Below the pieces are notes generated by a model, which was not told the DNA's origin, ran no database searches, and saw nothing but the letters and a program-made list of their open reading frames with translations. From Halobacteriovoraceae bacterium (lineage in GTDB: Bacteria; Bdellovibrionota; Bacteriovoracia; Bacteriovoracales; Bacteriovoracaceae), in assembly GCA_963719505.1 (NCBI GenBank), contig CAVRCF010000005.1:608001-672000 (forward strand): DNA of 64,000 nt, read 5' to 3'. Positions 8,223 to 16,661 of the stretch are shown piece after piece; position 1 is the stretch's first letter; each line of letters opens with the position of its first letter. Position numbers and translations under genes: made by a program.

Positions 8223-10544
8223 TTAGCTTCGTTCATCAATCAATATGGGTATTTTTCCAGTTCGAGGGTTTCTGACAAATGGAGACACAGTAAAGACGAG
8301 GTTCTTTGCGACAAAATCTTTAGAAACGCTTTGACGAAGATCGGCACAAAGCTCAAAGAGGATACGCAAGAAAGCCTCTTGATCAACCTCACGTTCAGTC
8401 CATATATCGAGAACATCAGTTTTTTTATCACCGTAATAGAGGTGAACTTGCACCTGCTCTATACCAACAACTGAGGCTGCCTGAAGCATTTGCTCCATCG
8501 TTATTCTTGCGCCCCAAACTGAAATTAATTTATTTTTCCTTCCGATTAGTTTGAACTTTTTTTCTGAAATTCTCTCTACTCGATCTCCAGAAAAATAGCG
8601 AAGGACAGGATCAACAGATTTGAGAGTCGAGGTAATAACAGCTTCCTCTTCAACAATATCCATATGGATGCCATCGAATAAAATATGCTCACCCTCACCA
8701 CATGTTTCGTCTTGAAAGCCTATGAGACCTATATCGACACTTGCATAGCCTGCAGAATAAAAATGCTTAACTCCAAACTTAGAACTGAGAATCTTTCGCG
8801 TCATTGAAGGTAGGTTCTCACCAGCATAAAAGAAAGTCTTGAATTGAATTTTACCGCCTTCATAGCTCGCTGCAAGCTCATGCATTGAAGAGGGAATTCC
8901 AAAAACTGTATCAGGATTAAATTTTTCAAGATAATTAACAACATCTTCTTTTGGCGAATTACCACCGATAGGCAGTTGTTGGGCCTTACAGTACTCAATA
9001 GCTTTATAGATCACGATAAAAGAAGACCACATATTTCCCGCAACAAATAAGTTAGCCACAAGTGAAGTTTCACCTAGCCCTCTATTTTTAAACGACTCTC
9101 CTAAAAGACTAGCAATATGATTGAATTCATAGTTTTTAAAAGTAGAGAATTTAGGATTTCCAGTCGTCCCCCCAGAGGCAAAGATCACACTATTTTCCTT
9201 GGTAGAGTTTTTAGAATTATAGCCTTCAAATTCATCAATACTGGCTTCAAACTCTATAGAGACTCTTCTTATAAAAAACTCCATGGGGTAATGACCGTCG
9301 TGACTTGCCCCGTTTACTCCCTCAAGCATTTGTCCAACTTTCGTAAATCTTGTCACTCCAGCTTTTGAAAGAGAATCCATGGCCAGCGCTGACCCCTTCT
9401 CAAGGCCTAACGAACATGTTTGAAGATAAAACTTAAACTTTGATAACATCTCACCTAAGGAATATAAATCATCATACTTTCTAATAATTAAAGTTCGATT
9501 TAGTGAGCTTGGAGATAAAACTTTTGACGAATCAAAACGAACGAGAAAATCTTCTCCAGCACTATAGTCTATGCCTGAAGAAAATAATTCGTAGTCAGCT
9601 TTTGATCGCTCTTTTAGGACTTCAACTCTCTCATCTGGGCTCAATTTCCCCCTTTTTATAGGAAATTTTTTAAAGGCAATAGAGAGATTTTTAATAAGAT
9701 TATCTACGTCTGTATCAGAGCTGACAAAAAGATTTTGCATATTTGCACAGGCTGATTGATCCCACATTGAAACATCTTTTGCAATAAGATCGTAAACATT
9801 CAAATGTCTTTCAATATATATTGAGTCTAAAACTCCAAACGAAATTTTAGGTCCAAAGTCGACAAGCTTTGTATCTATTGGAAGATTTTTCTTATAGCTT
9901 GCCACCATTTCTTCCCCACCCCAAGCGACAATAAGATCCATTTTTTCTTTAAAGAGATCTTCAATAGAGCTATCACCGCCTCTCCAGTTGAGGAAAACAA
10001 TTTGATTGAGAACACTATGAGTCGAATCAACTTCTAAAAGTGACTTCAGAAAAAGCTTCGGGAATTCTAAATTTGAAGAACTGAGCTTTATAAAAGATAA
10101 ATTTTTTGTCAACACTCCCATAATGAGAGTGTCTATAACAGAGAGAAAGACATTTCCTGCTGTGACATGAAGAACTGATCCAACAGGTGCTAAATATTCT
10201 CTTTTTAAATTTTTTGAACTTACAGGCCTATCTAAAGACTCCAACTCTCCTATCTCACATTCTATTCGAGTCACGAGTAAATCGTTGTTCAAAAGTGACG
10301 GAAGAATATTTAAAGTCTCTTCAATCATCGCTTTTGAGAAACTGCTACTGGAGTGAATAATTTCTAGAGCTTCTTGATAAAAGACTCCCTCTTTGTGCCA
10401 AAGCTTTCCCACACGATCAAGGAAATCAACGATATCTAAAACGTTTGGAGTCTGAGACGCGTTATATGTCTTTTGTGACTCCTCAATAATGTTACTGATT
10501 TCATCTTTTGATTGAGCTGAGATCCATTTTCCTTGAATAAACAT
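8223..10544 (-). CDS. LuxC-like acyl-CoA/acyl-protein reductase fused to a C-terminal PaaK-like adenylate-forming (ANL) domain
   Basis: HVTAGNV, AWGGEE, FGPKISF and WDQSAC (LuxC catalytic Cys region); C-terminal SGGTTGNPK, YASVD and RYFSGD ANL motifs; ATG 10544 immediately after the luxE-like stop. Confidence 0.85.
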   Translation of the reverse strand: MFIQGKWISAQSKDEISNIIEESQKTYNASQTPNVLDIVDFLDRVGKLWHKEGVFYQEALEIIHSSSSFSKAMIEETLNILPSLLNNDLLVTRIECEIGELESLDRPVSSKNLKREYLAPVGSVLHVTAGNVFLSVIDTLIMGVLTKNLSFIKLSSSNLEFPKLFLKSLLEVDSTHSVLNQIVFLNWRGGDSSIEDLFKEKMDLIVAWGGEEMVASYKKNLPIDTKLVDFGPKISFGVLDSIYIERHLNVYDLIAKDVSMWDQSACANMQNLFVSSDTDVDNLIKNLSIAFKKFPIKRGKLSPDERVEVLKERSKADYELFSSGIDYSAGEDFLVRFDSSKVLSPSSLNRTLIIRKYDDLYSLGEMLSKFKFYLQTCSLGLEKGSALAMDSLSKAGVTRFTKVGQMLEGVNGASHDGHYPMEFFIRRVSIEFEASIDEFEGYNSKNSTKENSVIFASGGTTGNPKFSTFKNYEFNHIASLLGESFKNRGLGETSLVANLFVAGNMWSSFIVIYKAIEYCKAQQLPIGGNSPKEDVVNYLEKFNPDTVFGIPSSMHELAASYEGGKIQFKTFFYAGENLPSMTRKILSSKFGVKHFYSAGYASVDIGLIGFQDETCGEGEHILFDGIHMDIVEEEAVITSTLKSVDPVLRYFSGDRVERISEKKFKLIGRKNKLISVWGARITMEQMLQAASVVGIEQVQVHLYYGDKKTDVLDIWTEREVDQEAFLRILFELCADLRQSVSKDFVAKNLVFTVSPFVRNPRTGKIPILIDERS

Positions 10545-10545
10545 T

Positions 10546-11640
10546 TTAACCTCTTGCGACCTCAAGGGCTTTAAGTGCACACCCTTTGTTTTTTGATACG
10601 CCCGCTCGTCCCATAATTTCAAGGCTGAGGGGAGAAATTCCATCAGGGTGTTGGTGAACGATGCCCCAGTCTGTTGTTAAAAGGCTAGAGGCTGGATATG
10701 AAGTATTGTATGAACACAGAAACTGGATTAATCCTTCTTGTCCATGAGGAAGAACCTTAAGAGTTTTAGGATCTCTGATGAAGACACGGGAATAATTTGG
10801 AATTCGCAATTTTCCCTCAGGGCAGTCAACGTATGGAATACCATGTTCAACCATGCCAAAGAGATCTCGAATATTTGATACTGGTATACCAAGGGCTTTA
10901 CTGACTTTTTCTCTAAAGAACTGTTTGGGTATCTCTTGGTCTGATTTTGATTTCCAACCACCTCCAGTTTGAATCCAAGAGTCTTGACCAAGGTTTAACT
11001 CTAGCTTGTAGGTATCAATAATTTCGTTTAGAAAAGCCGGAAAACCCAAAATTCTTGTCGGGAGTTTGGATTGCTCAAATCTTTTAAGCGTTTCAACGAC
11101 TTCACTTGTATTCATTTTGAAGTCATTTAACTTCTCATCAAATTGAAAGGTATAGTAGATCTCACCGATTCCTGTAAAGCTTGTCAAAAGCTCATCTGTG
11201 AAAGCCGTACCAAGATCATTGGCCACCTTAGGATCGTAGGTAAAACACAGGTAGTTGTAATCTTTCTTATCTACCATTCCTAAACTTTCATGAATAGAGA
11301 AAGCGAGTTTTTTTACATTATCCAATGAATACTGGTCTAAGTGCTGAACGCTTCTTTGCCCACTTGTCCCTGAACTTCCCAAAGTTAAAACAATTTCATT
11401 GCTACTTTTAAAGTCGTGCTCTTTAAATTGATTAACTAAAATCATGGGAGCTCTTTCCAGATCTTTAGGCGTTACAATATCTTTAGGATGAATTGATTCC
11501 TTATCCCAAAGAAATTTAAAAAAATCATTATGCTCATAGTGATGGGTGCAGTTTTCACGAAAACTTTGGACAAATAATAATTCATTTTCCTCACTAAAAT
11601 GAAAAGGATCTGTACAAAGTAGGGCGTCGGTAAAATTCAT
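10546..11640 (-). CDS. LuxE-like acyl-protein synthetase
   Basis: SSGTSG, TGGGWK, RDLFGMVEH, LLTTDWG and C-terminal GRAG...KGCA (acylated Cys). Confidence 0.9.
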   Translation of the reverse strand: MNFTDALLCTDPFHFSEENELLFVQSFRENCTHHYEHNDFFKFLWDKESIHPKDIVTPKDLERAPMILVNQFKEHDFKSSNEIVLTLGSSGTSGQRSVQHLDQYSLDNVKKLAFSIHESLGMVDKKDYNYLCFTYDPKVANDLGTAFTDELLTSFTGIGEIYYTFQFDEKLNDFKMNTSEVVETLKRFEQSKLPTRILGFPAFLNEIIDTYKLELNLGQDSWIQTGGGWKSKSDQEIPKQFFREKVSKALGIPVSNIRDLFGMVEHGIPYVDCPEGKLRIPNYSRVFIRDPKTLKVLPHGQEGLIQFLCSYNTSYPASSLLTTDWGIVHQHPDGISPLSLEIMGRAGVSKNKGCALKALEVARG

Positions 11641-12801
11641 TTAAATACTCACTGTCATAAATTTATTAAGTGAAATCTCTGACCAAGTCTTGATATATTC
11701 TTTTAGATACTGGTTGCTAACACCTGTTAGTTCTATATTGTTAAACTCTAAAATCTCAAAAGATCGGCTAAAAACCACGTAGTCGTATCTTTTGCCTTCG
11801 ATGAGTTGGAATGCCGGAACGTAACCACAGGGGATAAATTTGGCTTGAATAATTTTTTCTATAATATTAAGTCTATTCGCTCTAGCGATCATTTCAATAT
11901 ATCTAACACCCTGGTCTCTGAGCATTGAGCTGACCTTTAAAAAAAGTGACGTAAACGATACCTTTCGATCGATCTTCACCCCTATTATGACACAGTGATT
12001 ATCAATTTTATTGATATTAGCGAAAACTTGGATGTCACCGTCGGGAGATGTTATAAGAGTAGAAGGTTCATGAAATGGAAAAAAGCCCAATTCGATATCC
12101 TTATTCTTCTTAGCATTCATATAGCTTGTTTTAACAAACTCTTTAGCGTGAATAAACTCTAAGACAGGAGCATCCGCATGAAACTCTTTTATTTGTAGAT
12201 CCGTTGCCAATTCCATATCAGGCAGCTCGCATTCTTTTTTGGCGATATTGAAAAGAGGTAAAACTCTGGGGTGTTGTTTAAAGTCAGTGTAACGAAGATC
12301 ATTTGCGCCAGTAAAGTAGAGCCCCCCTAAAACATGGGTTTCGTACTCTTTAGTTTTGTGAGCATTTGGGAAAATGCCAAGCTTTTTAAATCCCATATTA
12401 TCAGTGAGATGTTGGGCGATTCTGTGAACAGTTCTCGTTGTAATGTACAAAAGAGCAATTCCCTGAGTTTGAGATTTAATATCATCAATGCCGTATTCGA
12501 TAAGCTTTCTTGTTAAGTTTTTTCCTTGAGCCTCTTTTGCAACGACTGCCGAGCCGGCTTTTGCAATTTTATTATAGGGATCATAGAGGAAGCTTATACA
12601 AGCGACTACATTTTCCTGCGGATCTCTTGCCACAAAAAGCTTCTTATTCTTTCTTTGAATCTCATTTTTTAAAAGTTGATAGTTAGTAAAGATAGGATCT
12701 GGGTACTGGCCTTCGTAACTGGTATTATAAAGACCAATAATTTCCGCAGTATCTGAAACCTCTGCGGAGGCAAATTGAAAATCGTCTATTATTGTACTCA
12801 T
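11641..12801 (-). CDS. GNAT-family N-acyltransferase with a C-terminal extension
   Basis: VVAKEAQGKNL acyl-CoA-binding motif A and MGFKKLG; abuts the luxE-like gene. Confidence 0.75.
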   Translation of the reverse strand: MSTIIDDFQFASAEVSDTAEIIGLYNTSYEGQYPDPIFTNYQLLKNEIQRKNKKLFVARDPQENVVACISFLYDPYNKIAKAGSAVVAKEAQGKNLTRKLIEYGIDDIKSQTQGIALLYITTRTVHRIAQHLTDNMGFKKLGIFPNAHKTKEYETHVLGGLYFTGANDLRYTDFKQHPRVLPLFNIAKKECELPDMELATDLQIKEFHADAPVLEFIHAKEFVKTSYMNAKKNKDIELGFFPFHEPSTLITSPDGDIQVFANINKIDNHCVIIGVKIDRKVSFTSLFLKVSSMLRDQGVRYIEMIARANRLNIIEKIIQAKFIPCGYVPAFQLIEGKRYDYVVFSRSFEILEFNNIELTGVSNQYLKEYIKTWSEISLNKFMTVSI

Positions 12802-12904
12802 AGCTCAAAGTACTTATCATGAAAGAAGAGTTTTGATATGATTTCAACTATATATGATAAAAATTACATCTCTAAACCACTATTTTTAATCCGGAGTTCT
12901 CACT

Positions 12905-13627
12905 TTGTTTTTAGTCTTATCTTTAAGTGCATTTGTAACAGCCATTATCTCAGGTGTCATCGGTATGGGTGGTGGAATTTTACTCCTGTCCATCATGACC
13001 TTCTTTCTATCCCCTACAATTATCATCCCTATTCACGGCTTTGTTCAGTTAGTAAGCAATGCCTCGCGAGTAGGATACCTTCTTGAGCACGTGAAAAAGA
13101 ATTTCTTCTGGTGCTTTTTACTAGGACTCCCTTTTGGTACCGTTTTAAGTGTCTATTTACTCAAGGACTTCATCTCAGATCTCCACATCTATTTGGCCTT
13201 ATTGGTCATGATAAGTTATTCGGTTTTCAAACCAAAAAAGCTTCCTCAGATAAAACTTAAGCCCAAATCTTGGATTATGGTGGGATTTATAAGTGGTGTG
13301 TTAGCTATTTTGATCGGTGCCGTGGGCCCTTTATTGGCCGTCTTTTTTATCAGAGATGACTTCACCAAAGAAGAAATAGTAAGCACCAAATCGGCCATGC
13401 AACTAAGTGCCCACTTTGTAAAGATACCGGCTTTTCTCTTTTTAGAATTCAATTACCTGGATCATGTTTGGCTCATTATAGCTATGAGTGTGAGTGTTAT
13501 TCTAGGAACAAAGGTTGGTGTGACCTTACTCAAACGAGTCGACTCAAAGAGGTTTAAGTTACTTTTTAAAGGTGTATTATTAATAGCAGGGATAAGAATA
13601 GCGATAAGGGTTTCGGAATTAGTTTAA
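12905..13627 (+). CDS. TauE/SafE (TSUP) family transporter
   Basis: SGVIGMGGGILL and GAVGPL motifs, multiple TM helices. Confidence 0.85.
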   Translation: MFLVLSLSAFVTAIISGVIGMGGGILLLSIMTFFLSPTIIIPIHGFVQLVSNASRVGYLLEHVKKNFFWCFLLGLPFGTVLSVYLLKDFISDLHIYLALLVMISYSVFKPKKLPQIKLKPKSWIMVGFISGVLAILIGAVGPLLAVFFIRDDFTKEEIVSTKSAMQLSAHFVKIPAFLFLEFNYLDHVWLIIAMSVSVILGTKVGVTLLKRVDSKRFKLLFKGVLLIAGIRIAIRVSELV

Positions 13628-13662
13628 AAGCCACCTCTAGAAAAAGAGGTGGCATAAATTTT
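13626..13662. terminator. Bidirectional intrinsic terminator between convergent genes
   Basis: GCCACCTCT-agaaaa-AGAGGTGGC stem. Confidence 0.7.
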
Positions 13663-13868
13663 TATGCAAGAATATCGTAAGGTCTAATCGTTTTTCTACC
13701 GTTTGCTTCACATCTTTTTTGTGCTTGCTCAACTAACCAGTAAACCTGCTCATTTAAAGCCTCTAATGTGTCACTTGAAACATTGAAAGTTTTCTTTCCA
13801 GAACCCTTAAGAGCCTCTTTTGTTTTTGATCCTACTAATAACATTTCTTTTGATTTTTTCTTAGCCAT
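13662..13868 (-). CDS. Bacterial histone-fold protein (Bd0055/HBb-like)
   Basis: 68 aa; LLVGSKTKEALK, NVSSDTLEAL and the RCEANGRKTIRPYD histone-fold RKT-x4-D signature; GGAGG RBS. Confidence 0.85.
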   Translation of the reverse strand: MAKKKSKEMLLVGSKTKEALKGSGKKTFNVSSDTLEALNEQVYWLVEQAQKRCEANGRKTIRPYDILA

Positions 13869-14020
13869 GATTCCTCCGTGTTGGTTAGCTTATTTCATTA
13901 AAAAATACAGAATTTTTTGTAACAAAATGATCTTTTGAACAAGGATAAATGTCAAAGCATTAACGGGATTTTAATGTGTAATTTTATTAACTTTTGAGTT
14001 TTCAAATATTTAAATGACTG

Positions 14021-14446
14021 TCATTTTTGGTCAAACATTGACTCAAATTGCTCGTAACCCTCTTCTTTTAAACGCTTGCGAGGAATAAATCTTATACTTG
14101 CTGAATTGATGCAGTAGCGCATACCGGTTTGTGTGGGGCCATCGTTAAAAAGATGTCCAAGGTGACTATTCCCCTCCTTCGACCTTACTTCAACCCTCTT
14201 ATAGCCAATATCATAATCTTCGTGCTCAGATATATTCTGAGCGGCAAGAGGCTTATCAAATGAGGGCCAACCACAACCGCTATCAAATTTACTCTTAGAA
14301 CTAAATAAAGGCTCTCCAGAGACAATATCGACGTAAATCCCCTCTTCTTTATGGTTCCAAAACTCATTTTGGAAAGGGGGTTCGGTAGCGTTTTCTTGGG
14401 TGACTGCGTACTGAATTGGAGTAAGTTTATCGAGGCTATTTTTCAT
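14021..14446 (-). CDS. msrB: Peptide-methionine (R)-S-oxide reductase
   Basis: [26 protein letters not shown] and RYCINSAS motifs. Confidence 0.95.
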   Translation of the reverse strand: MKNSLDKLTPIQYAVTQENATEPPFQNEFWNHKEEGIYVDIVSGEPLFSSKSKFDSGCGWPSFDKPLAAQNISEHEDYDIGYKRVEVRSKEGNSHLGHLFNDGPTQTGMRYCINSASIRFIPRKRLKEEGYEQFESMFDQK

Positions 14447-14471
14447 TAGATAAGTATACGAGAAATTTTTC

Positions 14472-14502
14472 AAAAAAAAAGCCCTCAAATAATTGAGGGC
14501 TT
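14472..14502 (-). terminator. Intrinsic terminator of the 14525-15406 gene
   Basis: AAGCCCTCAA/TTGAGGGCTT stem followed by a U-tract on the minus strand. Confidence 0.7.
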
Positions 14503-14524
14503 ATATATGGGGGTTTTATTTCTC

Positions 14525-15406
14525 TTAGTAAGCGCTGATACCACAAATTGATTCAAGGGTTTCAGCTTGTGCTTTGTGCTTGTAAGCTCCATTTAGATTT
14601 CTTGGGACATAACGGTCGCACCCAACAGCATATATTTCTTTTGCGATTTCTAAGGCCAATGGGTATTTAACAGTGTAGGTCTTGCACATCTCGACTTTCT
14701 CAGTCGCAAACTCTAGAGCACTTAGATTAGCTTGTTGAACAGAGTCTGACTGAAGCAGTTGAATCTGTGCCTGCTCTTTTTTACTCACTAACATCTCTAA
14801 AGTCGGCTGTGCATTTTTAATCTGATTTCTTTTATCTTTTAGAACATTGATCTTACTAAGCGATGCCATGATAGATCTCTCAAGACTAGAAATAGAACTC
14901 ATCACCGGCTGAATTTGACCGTTTAAGAAAACTATTTTTGCTTGATTTGCTTCAATTAATTTCTCTGATCTTTTTCTCTCTCGAAGGGCCACTCGACGGG
15001 CATTACTTCGAGCTGGAAGATTATCGATTTGCATGGAAAGCTGATTCATGAGCTGAGAAAGAGATTGATTCTCTGAAACCAGAGCTGACTTTTCTGCCTC
15101 AATTGAGCCTATAGAACTAACAAGGGATACCTTATCATTTTCTTTTTGAGAAACGAGTTGTTTTTCGTTTTGAATATCTGAAGCGACCTGTGAGATCTGA
15201 TTTCTTTTATCGTCTAATTTATTTTCGATACGTCCCAGTTTGCTTTCTAATTTAGAGAGTTCTTTAGAGAAATTGGCGACGATATCACTTTGGGCATCCA
15301 TTTCTGCGATCATTGGACCACAAGAGATAGTTTGCGCTGCATTTGCAGAACCGATTAATAAAGTAGCTGCTAAAGTCATTGTTGTTGCACTGATAAGTCT
15401 TTTCAT
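14525..15406 (-). CDS. Secreted coiled-coil protein
   Basis: Signal peptide ending in ANA-A, long heptad-rich region; likely start ATG 15406. Confidence 0.8.
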   Translation of the reverse strand: MKRLISATTMTLAATLLIGSANAAQTISCGPMIAEMDAQSDIVANFSKELSKLESKLGRIENKLDDKRNQISQVASDIQNEKQLVSQKENDKVSLVSSIGSIEAEKSALVSENQSLSQLMNQLSMQIDNLPARSNARRVALRERKRSEKLIEANQAKIVFLNGQIQPVMSSISSLERSIMASLSKINVLKDKRNQIKNAQPTLEMLVSKKEQAQIQLLQSDSVQQANLSALEFATEKVEMCKTYTVKYPLALEIAKEIYAVGCDRYVPRNLNGAYKHKAQAETLESICGISAY

Positions 15407-15481
15407 ATTTACCCCCCAAGGTAGAGTTGCGACCTTCAAAATGCCAATTCCATTTAGCTATTTCGTTATACGGATTAGTTG

Positions 15482-15497
15482 TGCATTAAACGTGCCA
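15482..15497 (-). promoter_or_regulatory. Sigma54 (-24/-12) promoter
   Basis: Minus strand TGGCAC-GTTTA-ATGCA upstream of the coiled-coil gene. Confidence 0.55.
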
Positions 15498-15685
15498 ATA
15501 AATCTTGGCATAATAGTAACTTTTAACGGTGCATTCTGACTTTTAGTCCCACTTTGACACCTCATTTGAGATTGAAAACAAGTCACTAAGGCACCATACA
15601 ATATTTTCAGTGTCTGAGTTGTAGACAGTAACGACAAGTTGAACACACTTAAACGTTATAAATAACTAAAATCTGGAAGGATCTC

Positions 15686-15701
15686 TGGCATTGAGATTGC
15701 T
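15686..15701 (+). promoter_or_regulatory. Sigma54 (-24/-12) promoter
   Basis: TGGCAT-TGAGA-TTGCT about 35 nt before ATG 15737. Confidence 0.65.
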
Positions 15702-15736
15702 CTATATACGGTATTATGAATTTAGACGGGATATCT

Positions 15737-16636
15737 ATGAAAAATTTTATGACAAAAGGTTTACTCCTCTCACTTGTCTCTTTCTCAGCTTTTGCTCAGG
15801 AGAAGGCATCCTTTCCTACCTATATGTACACCGAAAAAGGTTGCTCCCAGAGCTATTTTGAAAAAGCAAGAAAGACAAATAAGATTGTCGGCTTTGGTGC
15901 AGGAGCAGTGGGAATTATAGGATCGACTGTTATGCCACTGTCCGCTGTCTTTCTCATAGGTGGCTTAGGCGCAGCCGCAGAGACGGGATACACATATTTA
16001 GAAGAAAGTGAAAAGCCGGACAAAAAGAAAATGGCACCTAGAGTTCGCTATCCGATTGCAAGGCAGTATTACGATATCAATAATACGCTTGAACTGAATA
16101 AAATTATTAAACAAAATAAATCTAATGACCTCGCAGCTTACATTCCGATGTATATGGATGCCATTGTAAATTCTAAAAAAGCAGCAAAACCCTATAAAGA
16201 ATGTAAAAGTCTTGCAAGAGTTGAGGGCATCTCAAGAAGTGAAGCAAAAGAAATTGAGTCAGACATCATGAGCTTTCTCATCGCCCTTGAAGAAGAACAA
16301 GATACTAGAAATCTCACTCCTTTAGAGGCGGCCAAGAAAAACCTGGCAAATTGCTTGTTAGAAATAAAAGTAGGTGAAACCTATCCCATTGCAGATCTTC
16401 TACTGTTGAGAAATGAGCTAGCAAATACTAATCTAATGACGTGGAGACTTCAAAGTAGCATTAGATTTTTTGCTTATGTTGAGAAAAAGGCATCGAAGCA
16501 AAATAAAACGATTAACGCTGAAAAGTTTTTTAATATCATCTCAAAACTTGATGGTGACAAATCGATTTGCTCAAATGGGAAAAAACCACTTAATAGAAAG
16601 AACCTCGCTCAAGAAATCATTGTTCAATTAGAATAA
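15737..16636 (+). CDS. Secreted hypothetical protein with a Gly/Ala-rich hydrophobic hairpin
   Basis: Signal peptide ending in AFA; segment GFGAGAVGIIG...IGGLGAAA. Confidence 0.75.
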   Translation: MKNFMTKGLLLSLVSFSAFAQEKASFPTYMYTEKGCSQSYFEKARKTNKIVGFGAGAVGIIGSTVMPLSAVFLIGGLGAAAETGYTYLEESEKPDKKKMAPRVRYPIARQYYDINNTLELNKIIKQNKSNDLAAYIPMYMDAIVNSKKAAKPYKECKSLARVEGISRSEAKEIESDIMSFLIALEEEQDTRNLTPLEAAKKNLANCLLEIKVGETYPIADLLLLRNELANTNLMTWRLQSSIRFFAYVEKKASKQNKTINAEKFFNIISKLDGDKSICSNGKKPLNRKNLAQEIIVQLE

Positions 16637-16661
16637 GGGGATTATCTCAATCCCCTCTCAT

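Noticed and set aside
8223-11640. Bioluminescence operon
   Set aside because: No luxA/luxB/luxD in the window, and LuxC has an extra fused domain
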